64,000 bases of DNA from Octopus sinensis (taxonomy: Eukaryota), in assembly GCF_006345805.1 (NCBI RefSeq), contig NC_043008.1, positions 56,048,001 to 56,112,000 on the forward strand, in the 5' to 3' direction. Below the pieces are notes generated by a model. It worked only from the letters and a program-made list of their open reading frames with translations. It did no database searches and was not told the origin of the DNA. Both the position numbers and the translations under genes were made by a program. Positions within the stretch are counted from its first letter, which is position 1, and every line of letters starts with the position of its first letter. This document shows, piece after piece, positions 52,337-64,000 of this stretch.

Positions 52337-54694
52337 ATGTTTAGGATAGCACTGCGCAAACATCCTAGAAATTTAAATTTCTACTTCCCAGTGAAAGCTG
52401 CTAGTATTCAGGCCTTCCATATAAACTTATGTAAATTTTTGACATTCATCAGATTCGAGATTGGTGCAGCCACGTGGTTCACCAGCCCTCACTCAAACCG
52501 TCCAACCCATGCCAGCATGGAAAGCAGACGTTAAACTATGATGATGATGATCATCAAAAGATTAAGTGATGCTGACAGTTTCCTCACTATTTTCCTCAGA
52601 CTCAGTTTCATCCCTTCTATATACTCGACGTTACCAGCTTGTAACTAAAGATATTTATTGTACTGACATGTTCTTTGTAAGTCATTAGTGACTATTGTTA
52701 ATAGACAGTAATTATTGTGGTCAGATCTTGTACATCTATCCATTTTTTCCACCTTACTATTCCTGGGAAGATTGTGGCAGATTGTGGACTTCTTTCCGCT
52801 TCTGTCTAGCAAATCTACACATAAGGTTCTTTGGTAAACCTGGAGTTATAGAAGAAGATACTAGCCAAAGGTGCCATAGAGCTGGATTGAACCCAAGACC
52901 ATATGGTTAGGCAGTAAGCTCCTTAATCACACAACCATGCCTACACCTTATATATGCAATGTGGCACTTTCTCCATAGGGTCCTACTGGAGGCAATTGTT
53001 ATAAGACTTTTCTTCTGGATTCCTAATCATCACCAAACAATACTATGGATATTATTGAACCACCTTGTTCTTGGTCTACCTTAGCTCCCTGCTGGTTGTC
53101 TTCGTTTAATGAATCCCTTTTCCAATTCTTACCTGAGACATTCTAATCACATGTCCATAGTACCAGAGCTGTGACTCTCAATGCTGAGAAATAGCTCAAC
53201 CAGAGGAGATTTCTCAATCTCGGAGTTGCACACCCTGCTGAGTAATGTTGCTCTAGAAATCTTTCTGAGGAACCCCATTTTGGTCCCTTGTATTCATGAT
53301 TATACTCTTTCAATCATTACCCAAGATTCATGACCATAAGTATATATCGATGAACCCTTTAGGGTTTAAACTGGCCATATGTGGCCCAGATATTCTTTGC
53401 TGTTTTATGTTCATACCAGACAGATGCAGCCTCTCACACCTACCCTACATCTTTACCCTCAGAACAAGCAACCACATCACTGGAATCCCGATGCTATGAA
53501 ACAATGCATGATTAATTGAAAACAATGTGAATATATAAGCATTACATTTGACAGGGTTAAGTTGAAGTAAAACGGATAAGGAGAGATAGTTATGACTCAG
53601 TGGTTAGAGTGTCAGGCTCACAATCATGAAGTAGTGAGTTCGATTCCCAGACCAGACTGTGTGTTGTGTTACTGAGCAAGACACTTTATTTCACATTGCT
53701 CCAGTTCACTCAGCTGTAGAAATGAGTTACGACGTCACTGGTGCCAAGCTGTATTGGCCTTTGCCTTTCCCTTGGATAACATCAGTGGTATAGAGCAGGG
53801 AGGCTGGTATGCATGGGCGACTCCTAGCCTTCCATAAACAATCTTGCCCGGACTTGTGCCTCAGAGGATAACTTTCTAGGTGCAATCCCACGGTCATTCA
53901 TGACCAAAGGTGATCTTTACCCATTACTTTGTATGTATTTTTACTTGTGAATCTATAGAATATTTAGAATATTTCATCCAGAATTTCTTTCATTCTGGAT
54001 ATATATCGTTGAAAGACAATGTCAGAATAATAAAATTGTTGCGAATATTTCATTCACTCTGAGAAAATATTAACTATTACTGTTGGAACTTATAGATACA
54101 TTTGTGTGTATGTGGGGTAGTTCCTCTTTCATAATTACACCTACACACTTATTTGTATATCTCTATTTTGCATACTAATACACCAATATACGTGTGTGGT
54201 ATATGTATGTGTGTATGTATTTGTGTGTGTGTATTTATGCATTTGTGTGTGCATACATATATGCATACACATGCCTACATACATGCAAGCAAACAATTTA
54301 AAGCTATTTAAAGAATAATAACAGACCATATATTGATGGGGGATGATTCAATACAGAGAGTAGAATCAAATATATTGTAAAATTCAAGTTGAAGTTTCAC
54401 TTTTTGGCTGACTCAATCAGTACAGTGCAAAAAGCTGTCACTTTCTGCTATACGAAAATAATTAGAAACTTTCATTAAGCAATAAGTGTATGTAGATAGT
54501 GTTTTACAGGTTTTTTTTTTTTGTTTTTTTGTTTTTTTTTAATAAAGGAATTTCTCATTGTAATTATTTTACAATATAGGTAGAACACAACGTAGACTTT
54601 TTTGTTGATTGCTGGAACTTTACCTTTGTTTCTCTTTTGGATGTGTTATTGTGGAAGCACAACGACATCTAACTTTAATAATTTTTATTAAGTA

Positions 54695-55605
54695 CTAGCA
54701 GTATTGCCCGGCGTTGCTCGGGTTTGTAAGGGAAATAACTTTATAAGCATTTTTAGTGAGTTATAGCAAAAAAATAGCAAAAAATGCATTAAAAATGGAA
54801 TAAAAAATGATGGTAATTTTTTTTTTAAATCGTTGACTCATCGTAGACATTTTTAGAGAGTTACTTCCCTTATATAATAGCGAAAATGCATTAAAATGGA
54901 ATAAAAAATGATGGTAAATTTTTTTTTAAATCGTAGACTCATCGTAGACGCGCGCTAATACCCAGACGGGCTCGATATGAATCACGACTATAAGATACCC
55001 GATTTTGGTTACACTGCACCGCAAAATGTGGGAGTAGTTAGGAATCTAAATCGTAGGAGACAGACACACAACCTTACTTTTATATATAAAGATTTGTGCA
55101 ACAACTAAAACATTCGGTTGTGCAAACTGTTTGCACAGGAAACCTGCCCTGTATGGCGGTAATTGCCGTTTTTGTGGATCTGTTTCAGCTTTTTTAGCGA
55201 TTTCTGTTTTGGCGACTTCAAGCCATGAAGTCGTTGTTCTAAAAGAACGCTGGTCTCCTTGACAACGCATTACGACGTTGATTTCCTTAAACTCCGTTCC
55301 CCACAGCTTCACGAGGGAGGGAAGAAGGGGGAGAAGCAACACAGGTACAGGTGTGAGCGTGGACGCCAACTCCGCCGCCATCGACACACAAACAAATATG
55401 CAATAAAATGGAATAAAAAATGATGTTAAATTATTTTTAAAATCGTAGACTCATCGTAGACGCGCGCTAATACCCAGACGGGCTCGATATGAATCACGAC
55501 TATAAGATACCCGAATTTGGTTAAACTGCACTGCAAAATGTGGGAGTAAGGAATCTAAATCGAAGGGGACAGACACTCACACAACTACAGTTTTATATAT
55601 ATAGA
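54695..55605 (-). mobile_element. Composite non-autonomous Helitron with duplicated 5' end
   Basis: 3' end CCCGAGCAACGCCGGG...CTAG|T at 54695; 5' TC ends at both 55092 and 55605; a segment of about 190 bp is present twice. Confidence 0.8.
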
Positions 55606-57225
55606 TTTTTCATATTTATTGATTAATCCTTTATGCTGTTTTGGAACAATAACATTCTTATATAACTCTTAATGTTTCGAGCCTTTCTTGGTCTCATCTT
55701 CTGAATGGGGTGATGATAGTGGCATGTTGCTATCATGTTTTGTAGTAGGCAGTAAAGGATAATGAGAATGGTGATAAAATAATTATCATTGGATTTAAAA
55801 TTATTCAGTAGTTAACTCTTGGTTACTTTCATAGTTTATATATTGTGTGGTGTATCTGAATGAAGATTTTTGGTTTGTAGTTTGCTTCCATAAAGCTTCC
55901 GTTGTTTATATCGAACATATACACTGTGCACTGCATAGACATTTACAGATGTAATCTCTTCCATGTACATTCATATGTACATACATAGTTCCGTTTATAT
56001 AAAAACCATAGTAACACTACTTAGAAATTTCTTATCTATTGCTGTAAATATGCAAACTTTGCTATCAGTTGCTAAGCTCAATCTCAGACAATTCATAAAA
56101 TTAACATAATGTATTTGAGAAGAACATTTTTTTTTTTTTCGGCTTCTGGTTTGTGTTAGAGATTCCTAATCAACATCTTGCTGACCGTTCTTCACCTTTC
56201 AGACTGGAAAAAATCGCTTGAATTGTATCAGCAGGCATTGTGTGTGCATGTGCGTGAGTGTGCACATGTGTACATATGTTGTATGCATCCAAACCAGCTC
56301 TGACTGTGCAGACATTACCATTCTGTCTTTTGTTTATTCTGGCATAATGCATCTAGAACCACATTGTCTATTGTATCCTTTTGTAATCTGACAACGTGTG
56401 GCTCGAGGAAGATTTGGTTACTATTTCTAGCAGGTCAAGCAACCATGTGAATGCTCTCTTCGTTCTTTCACCACATGTACGCAGAGGGTGTAATATGAAT
56501 TCTTTAGATAACCAGCCTGCTCTTAGTTGCCTGTCTGTGATAGTTGTCAAGTGTCTTAGATAAGATATCTCAGTGCTGCTCATACCATTTCAATTGAAAT
56601 ATATTTATATTATGGCTGAGATTCTTGTCATACGATGGCTGTGGAATTCCTGAAGAGAATAAGCTGTTCAACAAAGTATTTTATATTTGCATATTTTAAA
56701 GTATTTCGTTGTTGCGTAACTCCAGCTCTATCCATCAGACTTACAATCAAAGACACACCAATTGTGACCACCACGTCTTTGGAGTATTTAGGATGATACT
56801 GCATAATGTGCCTTTGCTTGTTTCTAAGACTGTCATGTAGATGATTTGAAGAGTTGGTGCCTCTTTCTAGCCAGTCAAGAGACCACATAGAGGCTCTGTT
56901 TGGTGGTTCATTAGGCATTTTGTTTAGCTTGTAGTGACCTATTGTTTTGTTTGTTTTTAAGTTTTTCAAGATTACTACTACAACTAATATTAGTGCTTTC
57001 TATTGTAAGCACAAGGCCTGAAATTTGAGGGGAGGTGGGGGTGGGGCTCATCGATTACATCAACCCCAGTATTCAACTGGTACTTATTTCATTGACCTGA
57101 AAAGGACGAAAGGCAAAGTCAACTTTGGCAGAATTTGAATTCAAAACACAATGATGGACAAAATGCCATTGAAAATTTTGTCCAGCAGGCTAACGATTCT
57201 ACCAGCTTGCCATCTTTCTGCAGCT

Positions 57226-57257
<32 letters not shown>

Positions 57258-58169
57258 AATCTCCACTTTTATTTGCTTGCTGGGGAAGATGGAATTTGTA
57301 GAGGCAGATCTTTTTTTTATTTGTAGCCAGATGCTTTTCCTGTTGCTAACCTTCGAAACAAGGTGATATTTTCCCCGTAACTAAACATGTTCTCCGTGGA
57401 ATACTGGAAATATATATATGTGGTAGTGTGGTGAGAAGCTTGCTTCCTAACCACATGGTTCCGGGTTCAGTCCCACTGTGTGGCACCTTGGGCAAGTGTC
57501 TTCTACTATAGCCTTGGGTTGATCAAAGCCTTGTAAATGGATTTGGTAGACAGAAACTGAAAGAAGACTATCATATATATATATGGGGGTGGACAAACAC
57601 ACACACACACACACACATACGATGGGCTTCTTTCAGTTTCTATTTACCAAATTCACTCACAAGGCTTTGGTTGACCTGAAGCTATAGTAGAAGGCACTTG
57701 CTCAAGGTACCATGCTGTGAGATTGAACCTGGAACCATGTGGTTGAAAAGCAAGCTTCTTACCATACAGCCACTTCTCAATATATATGTGTGCATGTATA
57801 TATATGTGTGATTCTATTTGTGTGTGTGTGTGTGTATTCACATATATGGATGTACATATATTTACTGTATTTTGGTTAAAGAAGTTTAGAAGCGATTGTC
57901 CTTTTTATTTATGTATTTATTAACATATAGTTACAGAGATTCATACTCATCAATTATCATTATTATTACTAAAGTGCTGAGCTGACAGAACTGTCCCCAT
58001 CCTGGACAAAATGTTTGTTTTTACATTCTGAGTTCAAATGACAACGAGGTTGACTTTGCCTTTCATTCTTTTGGGGTCAATGAATGAAGTACCATTTGAG
58101 CATTAGGGTCGATGTAATTAACTTCTCTACTTCAAAATTGTTGGCCTTGTGCCAAAATAAGAAAGAATA

Positions 58170-58236
<67 letters not shown>

Positions 58237-59020
58237 TTATTGAGTGAGAGAGCTGTGCATGCCATCAAAGTGACAATGGGGTAAAATATACGAAGCCCAT
58301 ATACCCAGCATGACTACCTGTCTGATAACGGTACACCAGGTATGTGCATCACAACCACATGTGCGCAACATGGAGATCTCATATCAAGATAAACAGCTCA
58401 TGACCTTGCAGGTGGGGCCCAGTTAGAATTTTCTTCTGGTCAAGTAGCCCATCTCACTCAAAAGGTCCCTGAATAAGGGTTGTCTAAGGAAGTTAAACAA
58501 AAATTATTATTATTATTATTATTGAGTGAGAGAGCTGTGCATGCCATCAAAGTGACACTGGGGTAAAATATACGAAGCCCAGTATACCCATCATGACTAC
58601 CTGTCTGATAAGGGTACACTAGGCACATGCATCACAACCATATGTGCGCGACATGGTGATCTCATATCAAGATAAACAGCTCATGACCTTGCAGGTGGGG
58701 CCCAGTTAGAATTATCTTCTGGTTGAGTAGCCCATCCCGCTCAAAAGGTCCCTGAATAAGGGTTGTTTAAGGATGTTGAACAAAACACCCATGTTTCCAA
58801 AAGTGAATTATCCAAACCTCTAAGAATTCCTCTCAACACATGGCTATGATGCTCCCCCACTACTTCTGCTTGTGATCAGAGATGCACATATCATCTCCCA
58901 CCAAGGGACATGCTCAACTGGTTAAGGTCAAACAACTGACAAGTAAATCTGTGTTATTGAGCAGAATATTTGCTGTAAGCCATGTTTTAATGCAAGACAA
59001 AACAATGTACATAATAACAC

Positions 59021-59078
<58 letters not shown>

Positions 59079-59321
59079 TATGATTACTGGGTTTCATATG
59101 CATTTAGTGATCATTAGATAATGATTGTTGCTATTGTTATATATAGATGGATTTATGTGCATTGATTTTTTTTTTGTTTTTAAATATAACTTATAATCTT
59201 GGTGTTGTTATTGAGTTTCACATGCATTTGATGATCTTTAGTTAAAAGTCGTTGAATGGTGAATTAGAAGAATACATGCTCATTGATTGTTGTTATTGTC
59301 TTTTTAAACATAATAATTAAG

Positions 59322-59366
59322 CCACGGAGCTGTTACTGGTTTTCATAGGCGTCTGGCAATCATCAG
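59322..59366 (+). CDS. MYO9: Candidate 45-nt loop-2 mini-exon (SHGAVTGFHRRLAII; 18-nt alternative from 59349)
   Basis: Donor CAG|gtaaca; acceptors attaag| (59321) or ttttcatag| (59348); both lengths are multiples of 3 and open in phase 2; GC-richer than the flanks. Confidence 0.4.
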
Positions 59367-59913
59367 GTAACACTAGTTGTGATTTTGGAGGAACCCTGTT
59401 TACAGATTTTTCTTATTGTTATTGCTAAACACTTACATTAACTCTATAACGCCTAAATTATAAATACACACATACAAAAAAAAAATGTTTGTTAGTCTTT
59501 TGCAGCTTAAGTTAGGAGTGTGTTTTCATGGAAAAAGAATTTTAATTTTCATGTATAAATATATGAATTTCTCAGATGGTAATAATTCAGCAATACCTGT
59601 CGGATTTGGTAATTGTTTGCATGCAGTAATTGATATTTTTCCAATGTAAAAATTTTCTTTTGGTCTTGTCCGAGTTTTTGGTTTTGTTGTTTACCTTCTG
59701 TAAGAATTTAGTATTTGAAGATTCAAGAATTCTTAAGAATAGGCGTTATTGGGTTAAACATCAGCCTTCGTTTGTATTTGTGTGTGTGCTGGTTTATGTA
59801 TGTGCGTGTATGTGAGAGAGTGTATGTGTGTATGTGTGCATAAAAAGTTGTAATTTTTGTTAACCATGTTGATACCATCTTGTTTGGAGCAAATTTCTTT
59901 CTGTTTTCTATAG

Positions 59914-60354
59914 TATACGGCATGCTGGGAATGGTGACCTGCTACCAGTCAATGGTGTATCCTCTCCTCCTTCCAGAGAGAGAACAGCACTGCCACTGCA
60001 TGAGAACCAAACGACCAGTATTGCATGTCCTTTCTCTACAAAACACAAGCAAGTCACGACTGCTACTACAGCTGCTGCTATTAACACTACTACTCATACT
60101 ACTACTAATTCTTCCAACGCAACTCCTCCTCATCCTCTTACCACTGCTACTGACCATTTTGCTGTCTCGCATCCAACATCTTGTCCCAGTGGCAGCAGAG
60201 TGTGTGGTGTCATTGGCAGCAGTACAGACAGCTGTCATCATAGCCATACCCTGGGTCACAACAAGATGACTGATCATGTAATTACCAGTCCTGTAGAGAA
60301 CTATCTACCAGTAGCTGATGCCCTCGTCATTATGAAGGCACAGCAGGTGATTAA
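59914..60354 (+). CDS. MYO9: Probable myosin IX loop-2 exon, Thr/Ser/His-rich (IRHAGNGDLLP...DALVIMKAQQVI)
   Basis: Acceptor ctgttttctatag|; entered in phase 2 it is stop-free for about 146 codons; donor AA|gtacgt (60354) or CAG|gtgatt (60346); in-frame alternative acceptor at 59977. The ending VIMKAQQVI loosely resembles the conserved C-terminal part of class IX loop 2. Confidence 0.7.
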
Positions 60355-63300
60355 GTACGTGTCCTAACCATCGACTATTTTTCTTAACTTTGATTCCTTT
60401 CGCTTAGATAGCTAACTTGACCCCCGTCTCCTCAGTAGTTTTAGTTTTGTGACCAAATGAATGAATGGATGAACTTCCAACTCTGTGAAAATTCCAATCC
60501 ATTTGAGACCATGCATGGTTCATTTTGTATCTGTGATTCTCAACCATTTTTTGCTTATGGCTCTTCCCTTTGATTCCTGTTTTACTCAGAGAAACCCTCA
60601 CACCCGTTTAATGTTTGACCCTTTTGATACCAACCTGCCTAGAACCACCTCTGGTTTTGTGAGACAAATCCCTGATTTTAAAGTGATATGAATTAAAATC
60701 TTCCACCGAAATTTCAGGTTAATTTGTTCCAAACACCTGTTTAATAATGACAGTTATTTGAGTAAATTTTATATTATTATTAAAATTATCCAAAATGAAA
60801 TTATTATATTTCAACAGATATGTGGTAACAAAAGGGTCTAAAAAATCCTATTATATTTTTATAATCAAATATTAATTAGGAATTGTATAAAAAAAAATTG
60901 TTAAATATTTCATGTATTCTAGAAGTATGACCAATTTATTGTACATAAGCTTTAACAACGAAATCTTAATTGACCCCTTTGGTTGAGAACCACTGATTTA
61001 TACAAAACCCTTCACTTGAAATTGTCTGTGCTTAGAGTAAGACCTTCTGTCATGGTTTGATGTTAGAACCGTTTTTATGTTGTTACAGATGCCAGTTTAG
61101 TAATGACAAAATAATTTCACTGAATCCGTATTTAAATTCTTAAATGCTTTGGCCATTTGGTTCGTCAGAAATATGATCACAAAAAGAATTAATGTAAAAC
61201 AATGCGTAAACATTATTACGGTTAACAGTTTGAGACAGAAAAATAACTACGGGCTCACTAATGAGAGGTGAGGGGCTGTAACTCAGTATCTATCACTTGC
61301 TGTGGGATCTCTGTGTGAGATATTGATACAATATTAAAGAAATCTGAGCAAGGGCTTCATTTCCAGTCTTCTGCAAAAAATACATTTTCAAAAGCACAGA
61401 GCTATCGGATGATTTGTGAACAGAGTAATGTCAACAAACGTCACTGTCTGTAACTCAGTTCAGCTCGGCGCAGAATGTAAACGTTCACTCAGACACAGAT
61501 GCACATATACATATATACACATATGCATGTATATGATGAACTACATACAGTTTCTCTCTACCAATTTCTCTCATGAGGCACTGGTTGGCCCTGATCTTTG
61601 ACAGAAGAAAGACCCTTGCCTAAGTGGTAGTGTAGGGACTGAAACTGAAACTTTGTAGCTGGAAAGTGACCTTCTTAACCACACAACCATGCCTGCACCT
61701 AATATAAAATGTCTAATTTCAGGAAGATGGAATTGTAAGCTCTCCGTATAATCAGTGATAGGTCACTTAGCAAGTGGTACCTTTGTGGTTCAGCCCCGCC
61801 CCCTATTGTATATCTGTGTTGTTTTTTTTTTCTTTCATCTCAAACTGTTACTTGTAATATGAAATATTTAGATTTTAGTCTTGTTTTGTCTTTATTTAAA
61901 CTGAGCTCTTGATCTTTTGATTCTTTTGACCCATGGTCTTGAGTTGGCTCAAGTGTGTGTGTGTGTTTGAGAGAGAGAGAGAGAGCTTCTTGTGTTGTTC
62001 CTGTGTTGTGTGCTTTTTTTTTGTTTTTGTTGGTAGTTGCTTATTTGTTAGGCTGTTGTGTTTGGTGTTGTTGTTCTTGTTGTTGTTGACAATGATGATG
62101 TCAATGATGATGATGTTGGTGTTGTTGTTGTTGTTCTACTTAATCAGTATTGAAATAACTCACTGCTACCACCACTACTACTACTGCTGCTGCTACTACA
62201 ACAACTACAACAACAAGAATAATAACACAAGAATGACAAAATACAAAAGACAAAATAGTAAAACTAGGAGACCTAGCTTTTCAGGTTTTTTCTTTTGGTT
62301 ATAACACTGCTGCTGCCACAGCCTCCACATCCTACTCCTCCTCCTCCTCCTCTCCACCATCACCACCACCACTACCACCACCATCACCACCACCACCACT
62401 ACCACCACCACCATCATAATTTTCCTTCTCCTCCTTCTCATTACCATGTACTCATGCTCTCTTTCTCTCTCTCTCTCACACACACAAACTTACCATGCAC
62501 ACACATCACACATGCATGCTCATGTACGCGCGCACAGATACACACACACATACACACGTATACACACTTAATACTTATCAAGGCACTAGTACGGTTGCAC
62601 AGTTAAAAAGCTTGCTTCACAATTTTATGGTTAGGGTGGGGGTCAGTCTCACAGCGTGGCACCATGGGAAAAGCAGGTGTCCTCGACTCTGTCCTTGGAG
62701 CAACCAGAGACAGAGTAGATTGTCTCAAAGATCTATGGAATGTAAGTTCCCTTGCTTGAAAAAAAAATACTTAAGATAATATGAATTCTACTCGTAACAA
62801 TATGAATTCTAAGTGTATCAGGTGCATTGGGGTAGCCATGTATCTCCTCCCCAGCAAGACATCTGTTCCTATCTCTCTATCATTCTATTCTTGCTTCTCA
62901 GCGTCTGGCATAAGCTGCACCCATCAATACTACCTGTCCTATCTCACAATCAGAGGTTTTTGTCTTGTGGGATACTTGGTGGCCTTACTAGTTGCCAGTG
63001 ATGTGAAAAGGAACTCACTATACTCTGTAAAGTGGTTGGCTTTTAAAAAGACATCTTGCCATAGAAATCATGTTCAAACCGATATTGGAACTTGCCACAG
63101 TCCTCTGACCTGTCAGATCCTGCCAAACTGGGCAACCCTTTCCAGCATGGAATACAAATTCTAAATAATGAAGATACTGCTATGATGGCTCACGGGTTAA
63201 AAGAATTTGTGTGTCATTATTTGATGTCTCTTTTCTTTGGAATCCTTCAAGCTAGAGATTGGTCAAGTATATTGAGGGCACAGTTATTACATTGCATCAG

Positions 63301-63661
63301 TCATTGAATATAGAAGATAATATTTATCTCCTGATCTGCTAAAATTTGTTGCTTAACTTTTGGAAATTAGAGAGGCATCAATTAATGAATCATTTGACTC
63401 TATTAACTGTAATTAATGAGAAATTGAGATATTGACATTTGTGTTTTCCCAAGAATGTTGATGACCTAAATGACGTTGAAATACCTTCAACCAACGATCA
63501 AAATAAAGTCATGCTGATGACCTGTCGATCATTGCTTCACCATCACATATGCTTATGGTGTATACATGTTACTCCCTTTTACATGAAAGAACTGAAATGA
63601 CTTGACTATGTTATCATGTCATGGTAAAATATAGTACCAGTCAAGTATTGGGGTCTATATA

Positions 63662-63892
63662 TGTTTCTTTACTACCCACAAGGGGCTAAACATAGAGTGG
63701 ACAAACAAGGACAGACAAACGAATTAAGTTGATTGCATCGACCCCAGCGCGTAACTGGTACTTATTTAATCGACACCGAAAGGATGAAAGACAAAGTGGA
63801 CCTCAGCGGATTTTGAACTCAGAACGTAACGGCAGACGAAATACGGCTACGCATTTCGCCCGGCGTGCTAATGTTTCTGCTAGCTTGCCGCC
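63662..63892 (-). mobile_element. tRNA-derived SINE, family A, with 14-bp TSD
   Basis: TSD TTGGGGTCTATATA at 63648-63661 and 63893-63906. Older degenerate copies lie near 25610-25850, 40855-40980, 45960-46110, 57010-57230 and 57975-58165. Confidence 0.88.
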
Positions 63893-64000
63893 TTGGGGTC
63901 TATATAGTTGACTTTTCCTTCCTATTCTTTATGTGTGTGTCCCTGCCCTTGTGCCACTATAAGAAGCCAACTTCATTTTATTTAAATTTTACATTTTTAA

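Noticed and set aside
62148-62284. Candidate exon encoding ...RMTKYKRQNSKTRRPSFS
   Set aside because: Mostly trinucleotide repeats, weak donor (gttttt), and no similarity to the expected next myosin IX segment.

Overview
Eukaryotic, AT-rich DNA packed with microsatellites and SINEs. The repeat landscape is most consistent with an octopus or other coleoid cephalopod genome; this is an inference and no database search was run. The whole window lies inside one + strand gene, an unconventional class IX myosin (MYO9). I could splice ten motor-domain exons in frame by hand (339-44494, all with GT-AG ends), followed by two probable exons of the class IX loop-2 insertion. The gene starts before the window and continues after it. 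The introns, up to 24.6 kb, hold tRNA-derived SINEs (several with clean target-site duplications), RTE and CR1/L2 LINE 3' fragments, three non-autonomous Helitrons, TTAA and TA MITEs, minisatellites and very long microsatellites. Nearly all ORFs in the supplied track are microsatellite artefacts. The most notable observations are: (1) short (TA)n-embedded elements carrying minimal hammerhead ribozyme cores of the Penelope-like type, one intact and sense to the pre-mRNA; (2) several long fold-back structures in the pre-mRNA, which are candidate A-to-I editing substrates; (3) a hairpin-rich higher-order minisatellite inside an RTE-type tail; (4) a chimeric Helitron carrying an extra segment; (5) a Thr/His/Ser-rich expansion and candidate micro-exons in myosin IX loop 2, including a possible internal start. 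No rRNA, true tRNA gene, CRISPR array or prokaryotic system is supported.
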